A stretch of 64,000 bases of DNA from NCBI RefSeq assembly GCF_006345805.1, contig NC_042997.1, positions 168,206,001 through 168,270,000 of the forward strand, read 5' to 3'. The position numbers and the translations under genes are program-made. Shown here one piece after another: positions 24,854 to 36,190 of this stretch; position 1 is the first letter of the stretch, and each line of letters begins with the position of its first letter. Origin of the DNA: Octopus sinensis (lineage: Eukaryota). The notes beneath the pieces were generated by a model. The model worked only from the letters and a program-made list of their open reading frames with translations. It did not search any database and was not told the origin of the DNA.

Positions 24854-25737
24854 CAGGGTGTCTCAAAAGGCACTGATGAGTTTCAATTATTAATAACTTC
24901 CTTAACTTTACAAATAGATGCATGAAATTTTGATACAATATAAACAACATAATGGAAATTAATATGCACAATTCAAGTTTTGCAACACCAATACATCACA
25001 TATGAAAAATGACATCGCTTAAATGGTAGCCATTTTCAGCTTTGCATGCCCACCCTCTTTCCAAAACTAGCACCATAACACTCTCAAGAATTTCAGACCC
25101 CCACTTCTCTGATTTCTCTATTGATGTTCGCCTTCAGTTGCACCAGGGTCTCTGGTTTGTTGATATAAACCTTCTCTTTCAGATATCTCCACAAGAAAAA
25201 TCCGGGCTAGTCAAGTTTGGGTAACGTGAAAGCCATTCAAAGTAAACCTCACACGATTCCAGCAAGATGAGGCAACTGCTCATACCACAAGAGGAACAAT
25301 GCAGTTGCTATGGCAGTGCTTTGGGGAGAGAATAATCTCCTACAACAGCAATGTCAACTGGTCTTCATGTTCCCTAGACTTGACTAGTCTGGATTTTTTC
25401 TTGTGGGGATTCCTAGAAGAGAGGGTTTACGTCAACAAACTGGAGACCCTGGTGTGACTGAATGGGAACATCAATAGAGAAATCAGGGAAGTGGGGTCTG
25501 AAACTCTTGAGGATGTTATAATGCAAGTTTTGGAAAGAGTATGGGCATGTGAAGCCAAAAATGGCTGCCATTTAAGTGATGTCATTTTTCCTATCTGATA
25601 TAGTGGTGTTGCAAAATTTGAATTGCACATAATTTCCATTATGTCCTTTATATTGTATCAAAATTTCATGCATTTATTTATAAAGTTAAAGAAGTTATTA
25701 AAAATTGACACCCATCAGTGACTTTTGGGACACCCTG
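24854..25737. mobile_element. Palindromic IS630-Tc1-mariner (maT/rosa-like) derivative
   Basis: TA TSDs at 24852-24853 and 25738-25739. Inverted arms of about 385 bp, both encoding the transposase C-terminus (SPDLT.LDFFLWG.L.E.VY); FQQD..TAH near 25255. Confidence 0.85.
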
Positions 25738-25996
25738 TATTATAATTGCCTTAATGGAAAGATGGCATTCAAGTAATTATAATTCAAATAAAAAATCTTT
25801 AAAGCTTGTCGTATATGTCATTTTTCTTCCTATTAGAGTTTAGCATTTGAAGTATTAAGAATTATTATCAAAAAGGTGTTATAGGGTTAAAAGTATATAT
25901 ATAAAGAACCTGGGTATCTATAAAATAAAAGCAAACACATTTAAAAAGTGATAAAAAAGAAAAAAATAGTAAGAATGCTCTAAAATGCACTTGTAC

Positions 25997-26072
25997 CTTA
26001 TTGTTACGACCCATCTTTAATTTAAAATTAGCAACTGCCATGGCTTCTGTGACAAAGGTAACTGTCAGATAA
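25997..26072 (-). CDS. TMEM104: TMEM104 exon (S-YLTVTFVTEAMAVANFKLKMGRNNK)
   Basis: Acceptor cttttactccag|, donor AAG|gtacaa, 76 nt, phase 2 to 0. Matches the family motif TFVIEAMAAANA. Confidence 0.92.
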
Positions 26073-26274
26073 CTGGAGTAAAAGAAAAGACAGAGAAATA
26101 AATGTAGAGTTATGGGTAAAAGAAATATGCAAGGACAACAAAATTCATAGTACGAGCAGTTTGTGTGTGTGTGTGTACAAGAAAGAGGAGAGAGAGGTAG
26201 AGAAAAAGAAAGGGGCTAAGTTGATTACAGCAACCTCAGTGCTTAACTGGCACTTATTTTATCAACTCCAAAAG

Positions 26275-26440
26275 CACTAGCATAGCTAGGGAAGGGGGGG
26301 GGTCATCCGCCCTAAATGGAACTTTTAATGGGGCAGAACTTTTGGGTCTGCTGTAGGCAATATGTGTTTTTTTTTGTGGGGTCTGGATGTAGCAAATGGA
26401 AGGGCTGCCCTGGGCAGCACACACTCTAGCTATGCTAGTG
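26275..26440. mobile_element. hAT-type MITE nested in a SINE
   Basis: Perfect 15-bp TIR cactagcatagctag; 8-bp TSD tccaaaag/cccgaaag within the SINE central domain. Confidence 0.8.
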
Positions 26441-26639
26441 CCCGAAAGAATAAAAGGCAAAGATGACCTCAGTGGAATTTGAACTCAGAACATAAAGACA
26501 GATAAAATCCCACTAAGCATTTCGTCTGGCATGGTAATGATTCTTCCAGCTCACCATCTTATTATTGGAGCAATATTCCAAGGAAATTGTGCATAGGTAT
26601 GGTTGTGTGGTTTAGAAAGCTTGTTTCATAATCACAGGG

Positions 26640-27060
26640 ATCATCATCATCATCATCATCATCATTTAGCGTCCGCTTTCCATGCTAGCATGGGTTGGAC
26701 GGCTCAACTGGGGTCTGGGAAGCCAGAAGGCTGCACCAGGCTCAGTCTGATCTGGCAATGTTTCTATGGCTGGATGCCCTTCCTAACGCCAACCACTCCG
26801 TGAGTGTAGTGGGTGTTTTTTACGTGCCAGACGAGGCTGGCAAACGGCCACGATCGGTTGGTGCTTTTTACATGCCACCGGCACGGGGGCCAGGCAAGAC
26901 TGGTAATGGCCACGATCGGATGGTGCTTTTTACGTGCCACCGGCACGGAGGCCGGACGGGGCAGTGCTGGCAACAGCCACGTTTGGATGGCTCGCTTACG
27001 TGCTACTGGCACTGGTATCACAGCTACAATTTCCATTGATGTTGATCGATTTCGATTTTG
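26640..27060 (-). mobile_element. RTE-tail element with an expanded internal tandem array
   Basis: Three to four repeats of ggtgctttttacgtgccaccggcac with variable spacers. Confidence 0.8.
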
Positions 27061-28329
27061 ATCTATTTGTATTCTAGTGCATGGAACCTTAGATAAGTAT
27101 TTTCTACCATTGTCTTGGATTGATCAATAACTTGTAGAATGGAATTTGGTAATGAGAAACTGCTCACCAATATGTGTGTGTGTGTATGTGTGGTGTGTGT
27201 GTGTGTGTGTTTGTATTCTTTTATTCTTTTACTTGTTTCAGTCATTTGACTGTGGCCATGCTGAAGCACTGCTTTTAATTGAACACATTGACCCTAGGAC
27301 TTATTCTTTGTGAGCCTAGTATTTATTCTATCGGACATTTTTGCCTAACAGCTAAGTTACAGGGATGTAAACACACCAGCATGTGTTGCCAAGCGATGGT
27401 GGGGGAAGACACACACAAACACACACACATATATATATATATATATCATCATCATCATCATTTAATGTCTGCTTTCCATTCTGGCATGGGTTGGTTGGTT
27501 TGACTGAGGACTAGCAAGCCAGGAAGCTGCACCAAGTTCCAATCTGATCTGGCAAGGTTTCTACAGCTGGATGCTCTTCCTAACACCAACCATTTTATAT
27601 CCTCTCATTAACACTGTATAGTAACATATTTAGATATATTTGATAAACACACTGAATAATTAAACCTCTGAGAACTAGTGGCAATAATGATGTAACTACT
27701 AAGTTTGATGGTTACCATGTACAAAGTTCTCTTCATATATAGATCATGATTTAGTTTTTATATTCAGTTGGAACAACTTCGTTTAGAAAGCCAATAGACT
27801 TCACTGTGATAGACTCACACTTCTCCTCAGAAACAAATCTAAAGTATCATATCTAACTTAACTGTTTATCATTGTATTATTGCAATTTTTGTTTGTTTTT
27901 ATATATATATATATTTTTTAAACAAATATTTCAAGACTTTGCAATCTACAAATAAATTTTATCTAATTCATTGTTAAAAAACACGTTTTTAGTGATATGA
28001 TGCACACACCTCCAATTAAGAGACACACACCTTCTGATAAATGATAGCACACCTACCAATCATACAACTCTTGACTTGTGTGTAACCTGATTATACAGTT
28101 GTTCTAAAATACAACTTAGATCATTATAAACAATCATCGATTAATAATTATTTATATCATGCTTACAACTTTTTGTTTTACAGAGCAACTTTGGTTCTTG
28201 ACCATCATTTGTTCAGAAAGTCGATTCTAAAACCGAATAATCTTTTTCCCATTACAGTTAATATAAAAGAGATTAATTCATTTCCAAGCACCAGATGAAT
28301 GCTTATTTACATGCTTACACTATATATTT

Positions 28330-29560
28330 TAGTATAAAAACGTTTATTCAAATTGTAAATAACACACAAAAGTGTTTCTTAGAAGGGGAGTCCCCTTCCG
28401 GTAACTGTCTTTCAAGGGTTTCTTCCCTCCTCTGTCTCTTTGGCTCAGGTAAATCTTTTTCTGGGGTTTCTTTTCTTTTTTCTTTCAATAAAAACCTGTC
28501 CAATGTTAGTTGTTTTTGCCTGTGTTGTAAAATTTTTCTAAAATGAGACATGACATTGTCATTGAAAGGTTTACTGCTCAGGGTGACATTTTCCCACAAA
28601 ACTTTGTACATCACCCCATTTAGCACAAGTTTCTTTCCTACCTTCTCCTCAGAAGACATTTCCTTAGCCAAAAACTTTTGCTGTTCATTTTGAAGGTATA
28701 TGTGCTCATCGGTGGTAAGCTCAGTATGGTGATCTCCACCAGCTCTTCAATATCTTCACTGTCGACATCCAAGCCTATAGTTTTTCCCATAGAGACAATA
28801 TCATCAACAATAACAATTTCCTTGACAGCAGCAGTACTTGTAGCTGTCTCAAATCCTCAAAGTCTTGTTCTTGTACACAGTCTGGCCAAAGTTTCCTCCA
28901 TGCTGAATTCATGGTTCTGTAACTCACTTGGTTCCATGCATTATCAATAAGATTAACATAATTTAAGATACTGAAATGATTTATTCCAAAATTCTCTGAG
29001 AATTAACTGAGTGTCATTAGTGACTTTAAAACACTTTCAAAACAGAGCTTTTGTGTAAAGTTTCTTAGAGTTTGCAATGACCTGTTGGTCCATTGGTTGT
29101 ATTAGAGGAGTTGTGTTAGATGGCAGGTATCTGACCTGAATAAAATCAAACACTTCAATTAAGTTATCCTCCAAACCTGGAGGGTGAGTGGGAGTGCCCT
29201 CTAACACAAAAAGGCATTATATTGGCAAGTTTTTTCTTGCAAATATTTTTTAACATTCAGGGCAAAAACTTCATGAATCCACTCAATAAAAAATTGTCTG
29301 GTTAGCCAAGCCTTCGCATTAACCTGTCACATAACAGACAATTTACTCTTCATAACATTGTTTCTTTTGAAAATATCTGGATTATCGGAATGGTAAACAA
29401 GCAATGGCTTGACCTTGAAATCACCACTTGCGTTGCCACATAGGAAAAGAGTGAGCCTATCTTTCATTGGCTTGTGCACTGGCAATACTTTTGCCTCCTT
29501 AGTAATATAGGTCCTATTTGGCATTCGTTTCCAAATTCTGATTTCTGATGATGGCACAAA
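28330..29560 (-). mobile_element. Tigger/pogo transposase remnant
   Basis: KRMPNRTYITKE...KDRLTLFLCGNASGDFKVKPLLVYHS, NTTPLIQPMDQQVI, and C-terminal FRKILQHRQKQLTLDRFL...EGDSPSK. Confidence 0.9.
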
Positions 29561-29951
29561 ATTGTTTCTAATCATAATATTAGAAAAGTTTATGACACAA
29601 AATGTTACAAGAATCTCCTGGTGAAACACTCTACCTTCAGGATTTATCACAAAGTAACTTACTGTAGTGGAATATTTGTGAGTGATTGTTTCCTAACACA
29701 CTCTTAACTATAGTCTCTTTCAACTCTAAATTTAAAAACTGGCACTGACTAAAGATCCATTATCATTCTACACCCTCTTTCTCCTTTATATAGGTAATTT
29801 ATACAGAAACTTTGTGCATTTTTTTTTTATTCACTAATGTTAAATTTCATGTCAGTAAACATATTTAAACTGTAAGATATACACTTTGAAGATTAATTTA
29901 ACAGAAAATATATTTCAAAATATAAAAAGAAGGATCATTCATTCTACTCAC

Positions 29952-30073
29952 CTAATGAATGCTAGTATAACAAGGAAGATGATACTCAGCAGCCAACCAG
30001 CACTGTGGAAAGACTTAGGCATTGCAAGAGCTCCAGTACCAACGATCAGGTTAAAAACGTATATTAGTCCCAA
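29952..30073 (-). CDS. TMEM104: TMEM104 exon (LGLIYVFNLIVGTGALAMPKSFHSAGWLLSIIFLVILAFI-S)
   Basis: Acceptor atatttcag|, donor AG|gtgagt, 122 nt, phase 0 to 2. Carries the conserved FNLIVGTGAL-MPK motif. Confidence 0.95.
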
Positions 30074-31151
30074 CTGAAATATATAAATGGACAAAATTAG
30101 ACGATTATAAAGAGTGAAATAAAATAAAATTTTTAAAAATAGGATATCAATTAAATTATTACTGATTTCGAATGAAATATGATCTTCAGTTGTTGGGTCT
30201 CACAGGGGCAATGACAAGTGACTGAGACTTCTGGCAATTTACTGTGCTTGAGAAGACATGTGAAGCTAAGTGAAACTGTGTTGGCCAGTACCAGTTACAT
30301 GTAAAAGGCATTTGTGCTGGTGACACAAAAAAGGCACCCATGCTGGTGACAAGTAAAGGACACCCAATGCACTCTATAGATATATATCATCATCGTCATT
30401 AACTTCCATTCACCATACTGATATAGGTTGCATGGTTGGATAGGAGTTGGCAAGCCAGAGGACTGCACCAGAGTCAACTGTCTGCTTAGGCAAGATTTCT
30501 ACAGCTGGATGCCCTTTCTAACAGCAACTGCTTTACAAAATGTACTGGGTGCATTTTTATGTGACACCAGTATTAGTGAGGTCATCAAGTATTTTGTATG
30601 ACAAAAACCCCTCAATTGAGAAGGGGAATAGTATTGAGAGAGATGGCTTTGTGCCAAATGATGAGAGGTTAAACTACGATAAAGAGACAGAAACAGATGT
30701 CTTGCTGTAGTGGAGATACAAGGTTATCCCAGTTGGAGAGAGAGAGAGAGAGAGAAAAGATAGTGGTGAAGATGTGTCATTGAAGATGCACCCCAGAGCA
30801 TCTGCAAAATGTATCTTAAAAACTCTTAAAACTAAAACTATATATATTGGTGCCACATATAAGGCTCTCATGCTGGTAGCATGTTAAAAGCACTGGTGAT
30901 GGTGTCATATAAAAAGCACCCAGTATACTCTGAGGAGTGGTTGGCATTAGGAAGGGTATCTAGCCATAGAAACCATGCCAGAACAGTCAAACCATCCAAC
31001 CTATGTCTACATGGAAAATGGATGTTAAATAATAATGATCATGATGATGTGTGTGTGTGCATGTATGTATGTGGGTATGTGAGTGCATGTATGTATGTGT
31101 GTATGTGTATGCATACGTATATTGAGAGATATAAATACACACACACATATA

Positions 31152-31960
31152 TTGGGTCATTCCATAAATAATGCAGTTTTTTCAGTTGCATGAACTAAAA
31201 GTCAGAGGGGAATGGGATAAACTACCTGCATCAGCTTGCTATAAAAGCAGGTAATAATTTTACCTTTTTATTCTTAGTACAAGCTTTGAAGGGTGCAGTT
31301 CGATTTTAAGTTATTTTTTCAAAGCTATAATGGAAGTGACTAAGGAGCATATTCAGCATATTTTGCTTTATGAGTTCAATAAAGGCAACAATGCAATGAA
31401 AAGTGTGAGGAATATTAATGCAGTATATGGGGATCAGACAGTAAGTGTAAACCAGTGTCAACAGTGGTTCCAGAAATTCTGAGCTGGAAACTACAGCGTA
31501 GAAGATGAGCCTCATCCTGGAAGATGTGCAGAGTTCGATGAGGATGTCCTGCAAACCCTGTGGAACAAAATCCCATCATAACTGTTGAAGAACTATCAGA
31601 GAAGCTTGGATTTGGTCATTCAACCATTTATTGACACCTGTGTGCCATCAGAAAATCCAGCAAATTGGGTCACTGGGTTCCATCAGAAAGGTCAGCAAAT
31701 TGGGTCACTGTGTATGATTAGACTTGGAAAGTCTAATCATACATAGAGAGTGAATGTGTGCTCTTCTTTGCTGTCACATCTTACAAATGAACTGTTTTTG
31801 GACCAGGAAGTGACTGGTGATGAGAAATGGGTTCTCTATAAAAATGTCAAGCACCAAGATAAGTGGGTGAGGAAAGGAGAAACACCAGCATCCAAAGCTA
31901 AAGAACATCGTTACCAAAATAAGGTGTTGTTATCTGGTTGGTGGAATATGAAAGGTTTAG
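31152..31960 (+). mobile_element. Mariner (Hsmar1/Mos1-like) 5' two-thirds, degenerate
   Basis: TA then TIR-like ttgggtcattcc. ATG at 31330: MEVTKEHIQHILLYEFNKG...WFQKF...EDEPHPGR, later TGDEKWVLY...KVLL..WW. Confidence 0.9.
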
Positions 31961-32049
31961 TGAAGATGGCTTCCTTCATTTTCCATCTTTCCAATCACAA
32001 GGATTTGGTTGGCCAAAGGCTATAGTAGAAGACACTTGCCCAAGGTGCC

Positions 32050-32092
<43 letters not shown>

Positions 32093-32578
32093 TCATACAT
32101 ATAATACATACATACCTATATATAATACACACACACACACACACATCCTGGTGCACCATCAGTTTAAAAAGTAGAAAACAGCGCCAACAAACAACATACA
32201 CATTGAAATAAAATTACTGAATATGAAAGATGAGCTGGATATATGAGGAGACAGAATTTGTTTGTGCAGCAGACTTCAATGTTTGCAGTCTGTATCACCA
32301 TATGCCCGATCATCCTTAAATGGACATCACAACAACATTCAAATATAATATAAAAATAACATGTACACAAAAATAGCAGCAGCATTAATAGCTTTATTAG
32401 CCCAAGAACAACAACTCCTCGGAGGATACCCTGTTAAACTCTACTATGGCTGGTATCAGAACCTATCAAGGTATAATGGAGAGTATACATGCCAAGAATA
32501 TCAACCATTTTGTTACCAGTGCTGGTGTGCAGGTGGCACGTAAAAAAACACAATTTTTTCGTGGCCGTTGCCAGTACC

Positions 32579-32812
32579 TATTTCTTTACTACCTACAAGG
32601 GGCTAAACACAGAGAGGACAAACAAAGACAGACAAACAGATTAAGTCGATTATATTGACCCCAGTGCGTAACTGGTACTTAATTTATCGACCCTGAAAGG
32701 ATGAAAGGCAAAGTTGGCCTCGGCGGCATTTGAACTCAGAATGTAGCGACAGATGAAATACTGCTGAACATTTCGCCCGGCATGCTAGCGATTCTGCCAG
32801 CTTGCCGCCTTA
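32579..32812 (-). mobile_element. Meta-like SINE nested in an RTE-tail element
   Basis: 13-bp TSD cgttgccagtacc at 32566-32578 and 32813-32825. Confidence 0.9.
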
Positions 32813-33034
32813 CGTTGCCAGTACCGTCTGACTGGCCCTCATGCCAGTGGCACGTAAAAGCACCACTACACTCTCGGATTGGTTGGCGTTAGGAAGGGCA
32901 TCTAGCTGTAGAAACTCTGCCAGATCAAAATTGGAGCCTGATGCAGCCATCTGGTTCACCAGTCCTCAGTCAAATTGTCCAACCCATGCTAGCATGGGAA
33001 GCGGACGTTAAATGATGATGATGATGATGATTTC

Positions 33035-33229
33035 TGCCAAGATGCTTCTTTCAATTAATTCTAAATATAACAAAGAATTTAGTAAAATAACTTGGTTATC
33101 ATTAAGCTTGTGTTAGGAACATAAACTATGACTAATGTTTGGTGGAAAATTTTAATTCAGAACTTTTGAAAACAAGACATTTGTACTACAGAGCCAGAGG
33201 CAGTTTCAGGTGGGTTGGTATCGAAAGGG
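33035..33229 (-). mobile_element. piggyBac-type MITE, second copy
   Basis: Diverged reverse complement of 16241-16461. Confidence 0.7.
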
Positions 33230-34352
33230 CTAAACTGCATCATTTAAGATTGCCTGTGCATATAGCCATTAGCCAGGCAGAAGCATATCTAGGACAAGAG
33301 ATCTTTGGGGTGCACATTAAAATTAATTAAATCTAATTAAAAAACTGACATGATACTACATAACAACAAGTCATTATTATACGTTTCCCTTTCATTTTTT
33401 CATCATCCTAGGATAGGTCATCATTATTTTTAAAGCTTGGTGTGTTTCCTACTAATAACCACCCAACTCTGAAATAACGAAATGAGGTCACTAACATTAT
33501 TGCCTACAATCTAGTCTGTTTTAATCTTCAATTACCATTTCTATTGCATTGCTAACTGTTAAACAATAATCTCTCTAACTAAAGAAAAAGAAAAGGAAAA
33601 CAAATGAAATTTGTTGAAATAAGGTTTAGTATAGTGAAAATTGATGGTGATGACTTTAGGATGAGTATTAATTGTAACGTTGCTCCAGTCCACTCAGCTG
33701 GCAAAAATGAGTAACGCTGCAATGGACTGGCGTCCCGTCCAGCTGGGGAACACATACGCCATTGAAACCAGGAAACCGGGTCCATGAGCCTGGCTAGGCT
33801 TTAAAAGGGCGCATTTATATTTTATATTAATTGTAACACCTTCTTCATATACCACTACACATATTCTGGTACATATAAAGTTGGCATACTTCTACTTAAA
33901 TGTTTTGAAGCAGACTGAATGAAAAGATCTGCCAAAATGAAAAGAGAAGAGAAAAAGAAAGAAACTTTTCAGATTTCATGTTTGTATGGATAACATGACA
34001 GGAAGAATCTCACCCTCACTAATGCTTATTGAGACTCTATTAAAAGCTATGTCAAGTGTTTAAGTGTGATCTGTCAGAATAAATGATACAATCTGTGGAT
34101 AGGTTCACTAAATTTGAATATTATTCAGTTTCCCTACCTCATGATATTCACATTAGCCGAACTCAAGTGCAGTTGCTCAAGCAATTAGTTTTACTGGTAA
34201 CAGCTTTAATTTCTTTAATTCAAATTTTTCAAACATCTTCACTGGTTTGTCAAATATTTCTTTGTTTATTCTGTCAATACTGGAATAATAATTCATACTG
34301 CCTTCATGCATCAGCAACTTTAACTACATAATATAACACTCAACCTACAAGA

Positions 34353-34512
34353 AATAGCGGTTAAATCGCCCTCAAATCACACCCAGCTACCTAATAAAGG
34401 AAAGATAAATTGGATAGTGTCTGAAAATAAGATGAGATGGTTGCAACAGCAATGCCTCTCACCAAAGATTTGCTCTGTCACAACTGATCTGGGATTAAAC
34501 AACAGCAACAAC
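34353..34512 (+). repeat. Interspersed repeat ending in (caa)n
   Basis: aatagc.g..aaatc.ccctcaaatcacacc motif. Copies at about 6160-6325 (+), 17060-17265 (-) and 47865-48030 (+). Confidence 0.55.
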
Positions 34513-35149
34513 AACAGTAACTGCAGCTGTACCAATACTGTACCAAGTCAGGCGTCATGTCTTTAAGACATGTGGCTCACTGTTTCCCTAATTATACTAA
34601 AACTTTTCCAATTATTAAAGACTTCCTGTTAAAAATATTGCCTTCATATCAAATATTTCAATTGTTGCCTTCGTTTTTTTTTTTGTTGGATGTATGTAAC
34701 GGTATTAGAATTCCAAAACATCAGCCAAACTCAATATTCAAAAAGGGAATAAGTAAGAACTTCAAACCAAATATAAAATATAAATGCATAAGAGATGCAG
34801 TGAGATCAAAGGCAAGCTGATAGACAAGAAGGACATTTTATGCACCAGATGCACAAGAGGATTTAGCAGTAAGAGCACCCATTAAATAAAATCTTTCAAA
34901 TACTTGGAGTCTCTCAAGGAATTGATAGCTTCCATTAGGTAGGTGGAATATTTATTAGTGGTAGTCAGGGTACCAAAAGCATAGTAGGCAGAATAATAAT
35001 AAGGTGGCAAAAGTTCAGGATGCTACCTCCATTAGCAACAAGAAGATTCTCTTTTTGTTTACATGCTAAGTGTATGATGCATGTGTATGAGCTACTTGAT
35101 ATTAAAACATGGACACAGAATGTAGAGGGTGGGTGAAAGCTCTGCTGGA

Positions 35150-35400
35150 TGAGTAATGTTAGTGTATATGAAGAAGGGAACACAAATGGCTTGAGAATAA
35201 AAACTGGGCTTAAGAGTAAATAGATACCACATGTGAGACAAAAAAGATTGCTGGTACAGACACGATGTGTATGGAAGATGACATTTGGATGACAATGCTA
35301 AGTGATCCAAGTGGAAGGAACTAAGTGATCAAAGTGGAAAAGATAGGCTGAAGTAGACACAGGAAGAAAACTGATCTAGAGAGACATGTGATGAAAACTA
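35150..35400 (+). mobile_element. RTE LINE C-terminal fragment
   Basis: Degenerate LRWYGHV...VEG...RGRPRKTW region. Similar pieces at about 19040-19200 (+) and 11480-11595 (-). Confidence 0.5.
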
Positions 35401-35523
35401 ATCAAGAGAGATAGAACTATAGTATGTCTGTACTAGCATTAGTAAACATACAGTTTTAACCTCAAGTAAACTCAAATAACACTGTAAGTTTACAGCTCCA
35501 TTCGGTTTGCGATTGGCCAAATA

Positions 35524-35619
35524 AACAGGCTCCCTCTACTACGTCCAAACAGGCTCCCTCTACTACATTCGAACAGGCTCCGTCTACCATGTTCGAACAG
35601 GTTCCCTCTACTACGTCCA
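35524..35619 (+). repeat. 24-bp minisatellite, 4 copies
   Basis: Unit aacaggctccctctactacgtcca with substitutions and no spacers. Confidence 0.85.
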
Positions 35620-35826
35620 TTTGTCACTTACATAATGTGGCTGTGGCCATGTTTAATCAAGTTCCTTTACTTAGTTTCTCTAAGTGGCTTGTAGTTTGGT
35701 TCTATCACATTTGCACTGGTGTCTCTCACACGAGAGCCACTCTTCATTCATGTGTGCTGGCAGGATTGACCAAATTCAATGTTGCTATCTCTCATGCTTT
35801 CCAGAAACATTTCTATCAAGTTTATA

Positions 35827-36190
35827 GGCGCAGGAGTGGCTGTGTGGTAAGTAGCTTGCTTACCTACCACATGGTTCCGGGTTCAGTCCCACTGCGTGGC
35901 ACCTTGGGAAAGTGTCTTCTACTATAGCCTTGGGCCGACCAAAGCCTTGTGAGTGAATTTGGTAGATGGAAACTGAAAGAAGCCCGTCGCATATATATCT
36001 ACGTATGAATATGTTTGTGTGTCTGAGTTTCTCCCCACAACATCGCTTGACAACCAATGCTGGTGTGTTTACATTCCAGTAACTTAGTAAGTACTAGGCT
36101 TACAAAGAATAAGTCCTGGGGTTGATTTGCTCGACTAAAGGCGGTGCCCCAGCATGGTCACAGTCAAATGACTGAAACAAATAAAAAAAG
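35827..36190 (+). mobile_element. CORE-type tRNA SINE (OR-like), near full length
   Basis: ggcgcaggagtggctgtgtggtaag head, caccttgggaaagtgtcttct core, tail ending aaatgactgaaacaaataaaa. Confidence 0.8.

Noticed and set aside
35524-35619. CRISPR-like array
   Set aside because: Contiguous 24-bp units without unique spacers, no cas genes, eukaryotic context.
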